A stretch of 58,443 nucleotides of DNA, the filler included, from Diploschistes diacapsis (Eukaryota), in the NCBI GenBank assembly GCA_023645945.1. It is 6 parts of 6 records of this genome, joined end to end, with 100 filler letters (N's around TTAATTAATTAA, not from the genome) between each part and the next. Parts side by side here need not be neighbours in the genome. Positions count along the whole stretch, not along the records: positions 29,285 to 38,943 come from JALAIB010001009.1; positions 39,044 to 48,696 come from JALAIB010001010.1; 4 more parts are not named here. One strand, written 5' to 3'. Made by a program: the position numbers and the translations under genes. Of this stretch, positions 29,285 through 41,160 are shown one piece after another. Positions within the stretch are counted from its first letter, which is position 1; each line of letters begins with the position of its first letter. The notes beneath the pieces were generated by a model. The model searched no databases. It was not told where the DNA came from and saw only the letters and a list, made by a program, of their open reading frames with translations.

Positions 29285-29397
29285 TTTATATATAAATTAT
29301 ATAAAGATTTAAATATTTAATAGAGTTACAGCGAGCTAAATAAAATGCATCATTAAGGCGCCACCAAATATATTATATAATTTTATAGTAGGCAGAA
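29285..29397 (+). mobile_element. right end of a second, heavily mutated copy of the 34486-35588 element
   Basis: Ungapped 113-bp match to 35476-35588, ending in AGTAGGCAGAA followed by TA. Confidence 0.85.
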
Positions 29398-30089
29398 TAG
29401 CACATATCCATCGTAACAGTTAAACACGGTTGGAAGTTGTACCGATTCTCTACTGAGGTATTACGGTATTACAACGTTGGAGTGCTAGCTCGCGCCATTA
29501 TTCAGATACGAAGGAACCCCCAAATTATATGAACCAATAAAAGACTCATGTATGCACTACCAGCTACTGCAATGTCCGTGAGCTCCTGAAACTTTTTGTC
29601 TCACTCTACTTACCTGTAAACGCACCGACCTTGATCTGAGCCTGAGCTTGCCTTTGAGCACTGACACCACCGTCACAATAGAGACAGTCTCCGTATTATA
29701 TATTATTAGACGCTATCCATAGGCTCCACGCATACTTTGGTCCTTACTCTTGTGGAACTCATCACCTGCATATTACGGGTGCTTCAAACCGCGGTATTTG
29801 ATGTCGAGATCCTCTACAGGCCAAAGCTTCCTGTCGCAGACTACCCACGGTCGCCAGCCTGAAGTACCACTGCTTTAACCTAAGCTGAGAGTGAGCGTAC
29901 CTGTGTAAGGAAGGTGGCCTATTATGGCGAAGAACATTAAACGAAGAGAGGGGCGTTCAAATTAAATAATATCTAATCCACTTGAGGAGTTCTAAAGATA
30001 TGGTTCAATTAATAATTACTCCTTAAGCGGACTTGGAAAAAAAACTGGGAGTTGTAGATCTTTCCTTATGATAAGGAGATCAAAAAGTA

Positions 30090-30164
30090 TGATCAGACTG
30101 GGGCTCGAACCCAGGACCTTCTCCGTGTTAAGGAGATGTGATAAACCAACTACACTATCCGACC
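30090..30164 (-). tRNA. tRNA-Val (anticodon AAC)
   Basis: GGTCGGATAGTGTAGTTGGTTTATCACATCTCCTTAACACGGAGAAGGTCCTGGGTTCGAGCCCCAGTCTGATCA folds as a cloverleaf: anticodon stem TCTCC/GGAGA, loop TT-AAC-AC, GTTCGA T-loop, followed by a T5 Pol III terminator. Confidence 0.97.
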
Positions 30165-30524
30165 TATCTATGAGTTTGTGCTGCCCTTATACATTATATA
30201 TTGTAATCTCATATTGCTCATGGCTTGTCACCAGGTAGTGCTTTGGCTATTTTTGTGGCGCGCTGTCTTACTCATGATAAAGCCTTCCTTTCTAGTTAAT
30301 CAGTGTGATGAATTCGAGTCACCATTTTATCTGTGTGGGAGATGAATCATCTACTCTAGACCACCTTAGTCGGTTCCAAGCTGCCTCTCTGTGTTCTTTG
30401 TATTCAGTTCAGCAGCCCACTAGGATTTGGGGGTTTTTGCTCCTAATACATAAACTTGCTCCAGTATTACCGACTCATCGTTGGCTTGGCTCCCCATTAC
30501 AACAGACAACAACCAGACAAAATT

Positions 30525-32255
30525 ATGAATGACCTAAGGGGTCTTGGTGGTGTCTCGGACAAAGAAAATGATCTCTTTCAAATGTCAGTGGCATAGAGTG
30601 ACAGCTTGATGGCCTAAAATATATGAGATATACAAGGAACAGGCAAGCATCCCCTTAAGGTACGTCCTTCGGATCTCGCGCTAAGTGGCGCTTCTGATCA
30701 CTAATCTTAGAAAGTATATGCGACCTCTTCCTTTCTGCACTTGTATTAAGGAGATAGCGGCCCGCGACATGGATTATTTGGCACCCTGCTGACCACCTAA
30801 CACCGGAGCGGCTCCGTGAGTATCACGCCAGTTGCGTTACGCTATCAGCGCGCTGGAAGGTGGACCGCATAATCGTAAGTCCTAGTGAGGATGCCTACTA
30901 TCTCTAGCTCACGTCTCACAGCACACCCATCCTCATCCTTCGACTATGGGGACGAGTTCAAAATCTTTTAAGAAGCAGAGACCAAACTCTGGCGTGGCCG
31001 ATGTCTCAAGCAGCCCAAGGATGAGCTCTACCTGCTTCTGGTAATATCATTGCTGCCTCACTAGCACATCGGCCCCATGACCCATCTTTTACCACAACCA
31101 AAGTGCGCAACGGAAGCACGGCTGATTCTTCTAACACTTGCACCACACTAGTTATGGCAAATGGCTTCGATGATGAGACCATCATGGTAGATCATCTGGT
31201 GCAGCGGAGAGGAAAAAGATCCCTTTGTTTATTACCCAGAAGACATCCTCAGCTGTCATGAACAGCACCTTTCCATCGTCCGGAACCATATGCTTGCTCC
31301 CATTGAAGTCCTCTACGGCGTATCCACATGGAACTGAACTCTGCAGTATCTGCAAGAAATATTACAGCCATTGGACCTCTGGGGCAGCTACAAAGGCATT
31401 AGATTTTTCCTGGAGTGGGAGTCGGTCGAGACAGCCGGGAGTACAAGTGAAAAGCAACTGCAGCAATTTCTTATTGCTGCGTTCCATCCACAAAATCGTC
31501 TAAGAGGATGGTCGAATAGCTTCAAACCCGCTCAGGTTACACTGTTGGAAGTAGCAAACAGCCTTGCCGACGTACGAATCGTTCCTCAGTTCTTCGAAGC
31601 AGATATGTGGCAGAAACAGATTAATGTCCTGCCCTATGCTCATTTCGCGGCGAATAACCCGTCTGAGCATAAGTCAAGGCTCGCGCTCAAGGCATTGCAC
31701 ACGCTTTCGCTTACGGACGCAGATCCTGACGTACGGAAAAGGTCGACACGGCTGCATGCTGTTCTGCTTCTAGGACTACGATATGGCCCCGCAAATCCAA
31801 TTGCCGCTGGTCACATCTCCTGAGAGACAGTGGAGACCTTAGCGACCTACCATCTGAACTCAGTTGCGTGTGTATCTGTTGCTGGGGAGCTACTGTGGTT
31901 GGTCCCGAACGTTGCACAATTGCAACTGGCTCTAAATTCTCGTCGGACCAATACTATCCCCGCGAAGTACGTAGAAAGACGGCTGCCCTGTCTAAATTGT
32001 GGCATTTGAAGACGATTCGTTCCAATTGATGAGAAAACCACATCAATTATGGATACCGACTTGGATGGACTCTACGATTCTGTCTGTGGTTTCAATCAAT
32101 CAAAAGGTGCAACTGGAGAGGGTTCAGGAGCACGCCCCTTGTCACGGCATCATCGATGGCAGAAACCGGCAGCAAAGACGGCCTCGAAGCGGAAACCAGG
32201 GATCCCAGAATGCTTAAGTCGGAACATGTTGGGTCATGTCAAGACAAGGGCCTAA
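30525..32255 (+). pseudogene. multi-exon pseudogene of a fungal hypothetical protein
   Basis: Intact-looking splice donors (GTACGT 30660, GTGAGT, GTAAGT); frame interrupted by TAG/TAA/TGA explainable as CAG/CAA/CGA C>T changes (e.g. TGA 31335, 31821, 32007 in one frame) plus a frameshift at the A-run near 31215. Confidence 0.7.
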
Positions 32256-34485
32256 TACAGACTAAGTGTACTTGGTGTCACGAGAAAGGTCCCTGTCAAC
32301 TTTCATCCTGAATGGCTTGCGGGATCTGATGTCTATCTAGTAAGAAAAACGATTAAAATGCATGTCGGCACTACATATCAATAGACGAGGGAATTGAGTA
32401 CATGACACAGAAACCATTTGAAACCCACATGAAGAAAGAAACCTTCGGCGTCGAGACGATACGTGTGCTAGACCGAGGATGAAATACGGACAAAATCTGA
32501 AATCCACGTAATGGAAGAAACATTTCCCGTCGAAATGTTTGGTAGAGCAGCGAGGCGTTTGCAGATGAATAGATCAGGAAGGAGTTCCGATGAGATGAGA
32601 GGAGGTCAAATACACCAAATCTGAATCTTCAAAGGTCGGTACTTGTGCTGCTTATTGCAGAGTTTTCAAGGTCGTCCTTGTCTATATTGTATCAAGATGG
32701 TATAGTATAGTCGCATGGCCCAATCATTCATCATTTAACCGTACTTCACCACCAGATGAATCACCCCAACGAGTGAAAACACAGCACAAAATTTCCATTC
32801 CCACGAGAGATACTGAACAAGAAACACTGCGCCATCCTCCTATTCTGTCGCATCACGGCACAAGTCATGCACCGAAAATACGTCAGCTTTGGCCTGACAT
32901 TCCCATGGCCAAAGACGCGATACTGGGGATGGATCACAAGCCCGAGGTAGTGATCTGCATGCCCTAGCTGGACCGCCTCGTGGGTCACCATCCCGCCGCT
33001 CAAGCTGGCGATGTGCAGCAACTCCATGACCAAGCCGCAGTGTACGACGTCGTAGCCCTTCTCTGCGTACAGTGAGGGCTCGAAGGGTGCTTGGATCTCA
33101 GTGACGCGCTCCGTCCCTTTAAAGGTCGCAACACCAGTCCCATTCGTCGTACCGCTCCAGTCATGCCCTTGGATAGCGTCTTGTACTAGCATGTCGCGCC
33201 AGAGCCTCCTCCGGACTGTCGTCGCAGCGGGCGACGGCTTTCAACCCGCCACGGCAGTCGTTGTCGATTGTTTTGCGATGCGCGGAGATGGATATTGGTG
33301 GAGAACCACCGCTAGGGGAAAGGAGTGGTAGGAACGAGAATAATCTAAAGAATAAAAAGCTAAAAACTCCGATTTTGACGGGATGGATTTGGTGCAGGTT
33401 ATCTCGACTGTACTACCGAAGGGCATCAGGATCAGACTTCTCAGTAGCCTCGTCGGATGATGCTCGATCTAAAATTGCTTTGCGGTCCTATGGATTGGGA
33501 GAACCGGCAAGACGTTAGAAGCACCATCTGGGCAATGCCACTGGTTTGGAAGTCAGAGTTACCGTTAAGCCATTTGCCGGGCAAGCTGTCATTGTCTTTC
33601 AGTTTTTCTAAGAGCCTGTCGGGTGGTGGAGATTTTAATATTACGAAGCACGGCAAGGGAATAGAGAAAAACCCAAATGTACCATAGTGGAGTGCAGGAG
33701 GTCGTAACCATTAATTCGCTGTCATGCGAAGTATTTCCTGTATCTGGACGAACTGGTCCGGGCTACATGTATGAGAGGTCCATTGCGCATCATGCGATCC
33801 GAGCTCTGATCTTAGCTAGTGTAATATAGTAGTGATAGCGTTGTGTTCGTAGCCTCGAGTTCGTTGTGAACTTCTATAGAGAGCATATTACTCGGACTGT
33901 TCCCCAAAGAGAAGTCTGATTGAGGGATTCCCACTGGTAACCTTTCCGGTGAATCCAGCTATCAGCAGGCCTTTTCAGGTCGACCCAATATTCTATCCGG
34001 CTCTGTGCATCGTCATTCTCTCTATTCGTTTGGCTCGGCATGAGGAGGTGAAAGCTCCGATCTTAAATAAGCGTTTGAAAATTGAAGGTGGAAGAAGGCT
34101 TCCGAGGCTTCAGTACAATGGCCGCTTTCCTTCAACACGAATCCCTATCACCATTCTCGAGGATCCGAAGAGACGAAGCCAAAGCATCAACGCCTTGATA
34201 GCAGGCGGAGCGCGTCTCGGAGGCTGTCGTACTTGGTTCTCGCCTGCATCCTTTTAGCGGCAGCATCATAGCCATTGCATTCATGCTCCTGAATTCCACT
34301 ACCCGATGACCCAGCGCAGCAGTAGCTGCGACCAGCTCAGCGGGCGCTGTCCTTTCTATCATTTGCGTGCCCCCAACACCGCGCGCTCGTCCGGCTGCAT
34401 GTTCGACATGATGTCCTTCATGTGGCTGCCACCGGCATACTACGATATCGGGTCAGTCGCTTCCAGCCTCGTGCGGCAGGTCTTA

Positions 34486-35588
34486 TTCTGCCTACTGTAC
34501 ACAAAAATTACATGATAAGAACCATGGTTCTCAAGATACTTTCTCAGTCATACTAATCTGTATGCAGCCACAAGTATCTATGGAACTAGGCCTCTCTCCA
34601 GCCACATTTATTTATTTAACGCATCGATTACATGCTTTTTATATTGTTTTTAATCTTAATATTCTAAATTTTTTTTAGATGTGATGGAGACCTCGTTATC
34701 TGCTCGCCCTGCGCGCCCTGCGGACCTCCCTGCCGCCGCGGCGGCCACGTTCGATGTGGTCGCCGACAACGATGAGCTGGGTCTTGAAAACCTTATGCTC
34801 TACGACGCCCTTTCCGCCGCTGCCTGCTGCGGGGAGGTTTTACAGCTTCCCTGCGGACCTTCCGGCGTGAAGGGCGCGTCCCTCCACCGTCGCGGACATC
34901 CTTCGGATAACCGTGGCGGATTTTGACGCGTTTTAGTTTTACATAGACAACTTCTGGACGTTCAATCGGACGTCTGTAAACACCACGTGGTATCGCTACC
35001 GCCATTAACGAAACGGCGATGGCGATACGACACCTTGCTGCGCGCAGTGTCGATATAAAAAGCAAGAAGATAACGCGCGACCGCGTGGCCTGTGACATGG
35101 CTATCGCGGTCCGGCAGGAACGCCGGCTATAGGTAAGTCGTCGCCCCATCTAGGGGCATTTGTATATTAATTACGTCCAGTTTAGGGAAATCTTGGAGGA
35201 TCTCTAGGCCATTTATCACTACGACCGGACGCGGAGATAAAGGAGGAACGGAAGGAAGCATAATAGACGGAGGAGGAGCACGGCATAAAAGAAGTTATGG
35301 GAGGTTTAAGAACACGCTTTTAAGCTGCTTTTAAAGCACTTTAAACATCTTTTAACATTTTAGCATCTATTTTTTATTGCGATGATATAGTCTCTCTAAC
35401 CATAATAATGATCAAATTTTATTCATTTTGTATCTAATTTTATATAGTTTTGCGTATTTCTATAAGTGACATGCATTTGTATACAAATTATATAGAGATC
35501 TAAGTACCTGGCAGAGCCACAGCTAACTAGGCAGAATGCATCACTAGGGCGCCACCAAATATGTTACACAATTTTACAGTAGGCAGAA
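34486..35588 (+). mobile_element. 1.1-kb non-autonomous TIR DNA transposon with TA target duplication
   Basis: Perfect 14-bp TIR TTCTGCCTACTGTA (34486-34499) / TACAGTAGGCAGAA (35575-35588), TA on both sides, AT-rich subtermini, GC-rich degenerate coding core. Confidence 0.85.
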
Positions 35589-36312
35589 TAAGACAAGCCG
35601 CGGCTAACGCGGCTACCAAATGCGTTAGTAACGCCACTTCAACCACTGTACCTCCATTTTACGGAAACCGCACTGAGCTAGCAGCGCTACGCTGCCAGAT
35701 GCGCCCTTGGGCCGGCATGTGAGGTGCATGGCGCACACTTTGCATTGCGGCTATACCCCTGATAGAGAGGCGCCGTTATTTGATCGCTCCGGGGTTACAA
35801 CGATGATCAGTGTTCGGAGCCTCGAGCCTCCAAAGTCCAGTACGTAGAAAGCCGTAAATCAAATACCAAGCGAGAGTTATGATTTGTTGCCAATGCAGGA
35901 GAGGAGTGGATTACTTATCACAGTCACAAGGGATCTGCAAGGCTAGGATGATCACAACTTAGAGGTTAATGGTTGTCGCGACCATGCCAGCCTTGTTGAC
36001 TCCGTTCCTCTCTGGTTCCGAGTACTGTTCAACTGGAAGCTGACTTTGAATCGAGAACAGGGCAAATGGGTCGGATCTGTCATAACACTATGCGGATATC
36101 GATCGACGTTCCGAGCTGCTCTGGACCCCGGGGCGCTTTCCGAGCTTCATCCGGCTAGGGTAAGGGGTTAAATAGTTCAGCTGAACAGATCTTTCTGTTT
36201 CGTTGGACCAGTGTACAACAATCAGGTCAGGTGAACAACATCGGTCAACCCAACTTCAGCATTTGTTAGATTTCAATTTGCCTTACGATAGCGCCCAGCT
36301 TTGGAGATTGCA

Positions 36313-36676
36313 ATGGAAAGACGATGCAAGCTCTACCCAGTGGTCCTCAATGGACCAGCTGTTGCTCGGTGCCTGATTCTTGTCTTTCAGGAGGGACCTA
36401 TTCACTAAAGCGTCCTTCCCCATAGTTTCTGCAGAAGCCAGGATCAAAGTCCTTTCTCGAAGACGGCCGACAAACTATTTCGCCCAGAGAGTAGTCTTCA
36501 TGAAGACGGTCGACGAGCACACCGGAGGAATCACCGGCTATGCGAAATGGCAACTGGATGATGGGCTGGCACGGTCTCTCAGAGAGGAGTTTTCTGGGTA
36601 CAGCTTCGATTTCCAAATGAAGGAACGACCTAGAGCGAGAAGATCAAGAGGTTCTACGAGGTCGATCAGTGATTAG
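36313..36676 (+). pseudogene. truncated, frameshifted GNAT acetyltransferase-like relic
   Basis: FMKTVDEHTGGITGYAKW resembles the N-terminal half of fungal GNAT enzymes; ATG 36313 is out of frame with ORF 36380; no acetyl-CoA motif A seen downstream. Confidence 0.5.
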
Positions 36677-37736
36677 TGAGCAAAACAAACATCCCATCCC
36701 CGTGAATCTTCAAAGTTGGCGCTTCTCAGCACTATTCCCTCTAGGTTTGCAGCTCCTATAGTGGGGATGCCAGCTCGCAGATTGAAAGAGCTTGCCAATT
36801 TGGCTAGATGCTTCGCCAATGTCATTGTCAATGTACAAGCGCGGTTAGGTAACTAGGAGTACCTAGTACTGCAGTGGAATACTAGATAACTGAAGAATAA
36901 TCAGGAATCTTTGAATAAATCAGAGAAGAATTGAAAACAGAAGTTTACCAACTTACAAGTATTTATGAAAGTTAAATACTCGTTCAGTACGCGAGGCATT
37001 TGGCTTACCAAGTTTAATATCGAGTGAATGAGTTGGAGTCTTTCAGATGGCAGGAACTGGAACGGCTTCATCTTCACCTTCAACGGCCAAGTTTCGCCGC
37101 TTGTTGGCCCTCTATCGCACATCTTACACGGTAATTGCCACTCCCTCATACAGAGGTATCCCTTTAGCACAAATATCTGGCCTTGTCGCCGTGAGCACAT
37201 GCACTCTCTCGGCTCCCTGAGCGGACGCTTGCGCATTTGGCAGATCGTTAAACCTTGCCTGCCAGGCGTCTGAAGCACCGAGTTGCATACAAGCTTTGCT
37301 GAAGTCGGCCCACGGGCAGCAAGCAATTCTCTAGGCAGATGAAAGGACAGCATGTAAAGGTGCAATGTGAAGGCGCTGATGCTGTGTTGTGGCCTTGCCT
37401 CTGGAGCAGTCGTACCAGCATTCCAGTACTCAGCGTCTTGTCCGAGCCGGGCAGGTCTGGCTACTGGTCCTTGCTCGGCGTTTCCATGTCGCTACGAGTA
37501 CATATTTAGACACGCCTTTCTTTCCTGTTTCCTTTTCTTCTTCAATGTTCCAGTCACGCAGCAGATACACCGGTCTTTGTGCCACTGTAGTTCCTTTTCG
37601 GGCTTGTAGCCTCGTCCATTCATTTAGCCCTTTGGCCTTCACGATCCTTTCGAGTCCCAGCAACTTTTGCTTCTTTGATCACTTCACATAGCTTCGAAGT
37701 AGCGGTACTCAGTTCCCTTGTTCTCACGGGCTCGAG

Positions 37737-38526
37737 ATGCTTTCCTTCCTGAACCTCCTCCTTGTTGGGTACACCGCTTTTGCAGCTCCGATACTTCCCC
37801 GCGGCAGCACCTTCGTCCAGGGTACCGGTGTTTCCTTCTACAGCTCCGACCTCAGCGCGGGCGCTGCTCTCAAGGCTGGCTCCGACTATACCTGCTACCG
37901 TGGGTCCGCTAGCAGGTTTCCCGACATCGGCCAGTGGGCGAGCTTCGATGACTTGTGGAAATTCCAGATTACTAACGCCCTGAGCCCCATTGGAGATTCA
38001 AGCGCAGAGATCCAAGCGCTGCAGAGCGCCATCACTTCCATTGGTCAAGCGGCTCAGGTCGACCCTCGCGTCATTCTTTCCATCATCTTGCAAGAGAGCA
38101 CCGGCAACCTGAAGGTCGGCTGCACGAACAACGGTGTGGAGAACTGCGGCATCGTACGGCATACCATCTCAGTACTAGTGTAGCCTAAAAGCTAATACAG
38201 CATAGATGCAGAGCCACGACCCCACGGACCAGTCCTTCAACCCTGCCAACATGGTCCAATCTATCACGCAGATGATTCAAGACGGGGTTCAAGGCACCGC
38301 CACCGGCCCAGGCCTCGTCCAGCTCTTCAACAACCAAGGCGGCTTAACCGCCGTGACGAACGGTAACCTTTGGATGGTCCTGAGAGCGTACAACTCTGGT
38401 TCCATAAACACCAGCGATCTTAGCAACGGCATGGGAGCGACGCCGAGCTATGTCAGTGATGTAGCAAACTACCTCCAGGGTTGGCAAGGTTGGGGAAGTC
38501 CGGCTAGGGACAGCTGTGGTTTCTAG
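37737..38526 (+). CDS. secreted lysozyme-like / SLT transglycosylase-domain protein
   Basis: Signal peptide; VDPRVILSIILQES (catalytic Glu position), GIMQ formed across intron 38154-38205, LRAYNSG and SYV motifs of the SLT/GH23-like fold. Confidence 0.85.
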
Positions 38527-38943
38527 GCGACTCGTAAGATACTGTAGGCCTCCTGGAGGGGCCGCAGACATTGACGCGTCTTCACTCGGAGGCTATGGTT
38601 GAGAGTTTTCTTTCTGAAACCAGTCGGGAAGGGCATAGCCCTAGCTCGGTTGTATATATATGAGATCATGGATAGTGCGTCTCTGTGTAGATATGTTTTC
38701 CCATTCAAGGATCCCAGGCGATCCAACATCTGGCGGCTTGGTGCAATTTGGTGGGTCAATCACCAAGCTTCATGCAGGCTATGGGCATAGCAAGGCAAGA
38801 GCGAGAATTGAAACGCTTACGCTTTCATGCCCTCCCCGAACTGCGCCCCAAATTCCTGACTTGTACCGCCACACCAGTTACAACCCCCGCATGCACGCAG
38901 AAAGACACCCCTTCGCCCCCAACCCCCGACACCTTCAATCACC

Positions 38944-39043
38944 NNNNNNNNNNNNNNNNNNNNNNNNNNNNNNNNNNNNNNNNNNNNTTAATTAATTAAN
39001 NNNNNNNNNNNNNNNNNNNNNNNNNNNNNNNNNNNNNNNNNNN
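38944..39043. other. artificial contig linker
   Basis: N44-TTAATTAATTAA-N44. Confidence 0.99.
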
Positions 39044-40710
39044 TCACCGCCGCAGGAAGTGACCGCAGCGCTAGTTTGACATTGCTGAACACAGTACTGC
39101 CGTCACAGTAAAAGGTGAGTGAAAGCACAGCCCAGACTTCCTGGCTGAGCAACGCACAGCCAAGGTAGGAAGCGATACCTTGGAAAGCCCAGGGTTTGTG
39201 GCAAAACATCACAGCTACAAACCGCAGTATCCAGGTTTTGCAGCAAGGCAGCAGATCGCAAGCAAGAGGCGTTGCACAAGAAGTCACCAAAGGCCTGCTG
39301 CCTGCACAAGCTCTCCTCTGACTGAGGAAGAGGCTGTGCAATCAGCAAACCTTTGCTTTCAGTGCAACAAGTTGCAGTGGCACACATATCATCTTACCTA
39401 CCTGTTCACAGCCTGTGCTCCAGGAAATGGCAAGAGTTTGCCCTCCCCTTGCCTTTTGACTTTGACTGCTGACTGCGTCAGCCTTTTGCTAGTGTCTTGT
39501 CTGTCTCAGTTTGAAATTTTGAATGGACCCTAGGCCTCGGAAGAAGAAGCTTTAGGTTTGAGCTGCAGCCATGCAGCACCTGTCACTGAGTTGAGTCACG
39601 CTGCATGAGCAGTTTAGCATAGATTGAGATGCACATGCTGGGCACTGCTATCGCAAAGTGTAACAGAAATTGTGAATAAAGCTGTAGGCCTACAGTGTTG
39701 CCTGGCGTCAGCTGGCCCACGGACATCTGGACAAAATGAATCAACCCTAAGCTGCGCAACGTATCCCCCGACCTGGAAATTCACGACCACAATCAAGTCG
39801 CCATGATCAAGCGCCATAAACCAGGGTCCTTCGTGATTGTGGATGACTTGTCTGAGTGGAATGACTCTTTGACAACCCATCCTTTGCGTGCACAGACGGC
39901 ATCTCAGCTGACAGCACCTGTCGCGGTAGTCCACGGGTTGATATGATTGGACAGCTGTGACATCTCGAGAAACACAGCGTTGGCGGTTCAGATAATATTC
40001 AACTGTTCCTAGAGTTTAACTATGGTTCATAATGCTTAGCAACTCAAAACGCATTGGTCGGCGGACTGTGACGACCAACCAAAACACAGATCAGTACAAA
40101 AGAAACTCAGTTGTCGAGTTGTCGAGTTCTCGTAAATCTTAACTCAGCCCCGCCAGCTAGGGTTTGGCAACTTCTGAAAACTGTGCATTTTGCCTCCCTT
40201 CAGCACTTGGTTCATAAAGTCTGCCAATCTAAATGGCGCAGGCATTGAGACATTGCTACTTGGAAACTTCGGTATAGACCACACAATAGCCAAGTTACCT
40301 TTTCCCAATAAGAATTGTATCAGTTTGGTAACAACCTTTATTGCTCTTTTCTTCACAGACTTTAAGATTTGGTGTATCCTCACTCCTTCAGAAGGCTCTG
40401 CAATAATGATGTCGATCCCGATCTAAACTCAATGTTTTCAAGCGGTAGCAAAATGAGCCATTAATTGTCTGAAGATTAATCACAATATCATCTTCTTAAA
40501 CCGATGATGTTTTTGCCATATTGTAGATGAACCTCATTAGAAGTCTAGTTTTTTGAAAATACAAACTTTTTCTTTACTTACTTTGTTGATTTCACCAGAA
40601 TCAAATCATGGTACAAAATTATTTAGATTTTTTGTTGACTATGATGTTACTCAAACTTGGATAGATCAGTGATCTTTTATCCCAATTGGTAATCAAACAC
40701 TTAACTCATT

Positions 40711-41160
40711 CAACTCAGCTGCAACTTGTTGACTCAGCTGTCAACTCAGCTGCAAATTGTCAGCTTGGCTGCCAGCAGCACCCTTAGCTCACGTGTGCTT
40801 TGTCATGTCAGTTGCAAGCAGTGAATTGAGCTGTGATCAGCTTGTCCGCTTGCCTGTCAGCTCAAGTGTGTTTGCTCAGCTTGACACTGATTTAATGGAT
40901 TGGTTGCAATCTGTCAGCTTGGGTGTGATGTGTCAGCTCAGCTGTTGTATGTGAGCTCAGGTGCAAATTGTCAGCTCAGCAGCTACTTCCTATCATTTCC
41001 ACTTTGCTGACAGTCAAGCTAATAAGGTGTGCATTGGTGCAGGTCTACACTCTATTTGTGTCAGCTCAGCTGCAACTTGTCAACTCAGCTGTCAGCTCAG
41101 CTGCAACTTGGGAACCCAGCTGTCAGCACAGGGTGCAGTTGTCAGCTCAGCTGCACTCTG
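40711..41160 (+). repeat. degenerate CAGCT-based minisatellite (left array)
   Basis: Recurrent TCAGCTCAGCTGCAACTTG-like units at 40711-40765, 40933-40985, 41061-41160. Confidence 0.85.

Noticed and set aside
32761..33687. ORFs 32761-33192 and 33457-33687 as genes
   Set aside because: No recognisable motif or consistent splice model; possibly relics but not supportable
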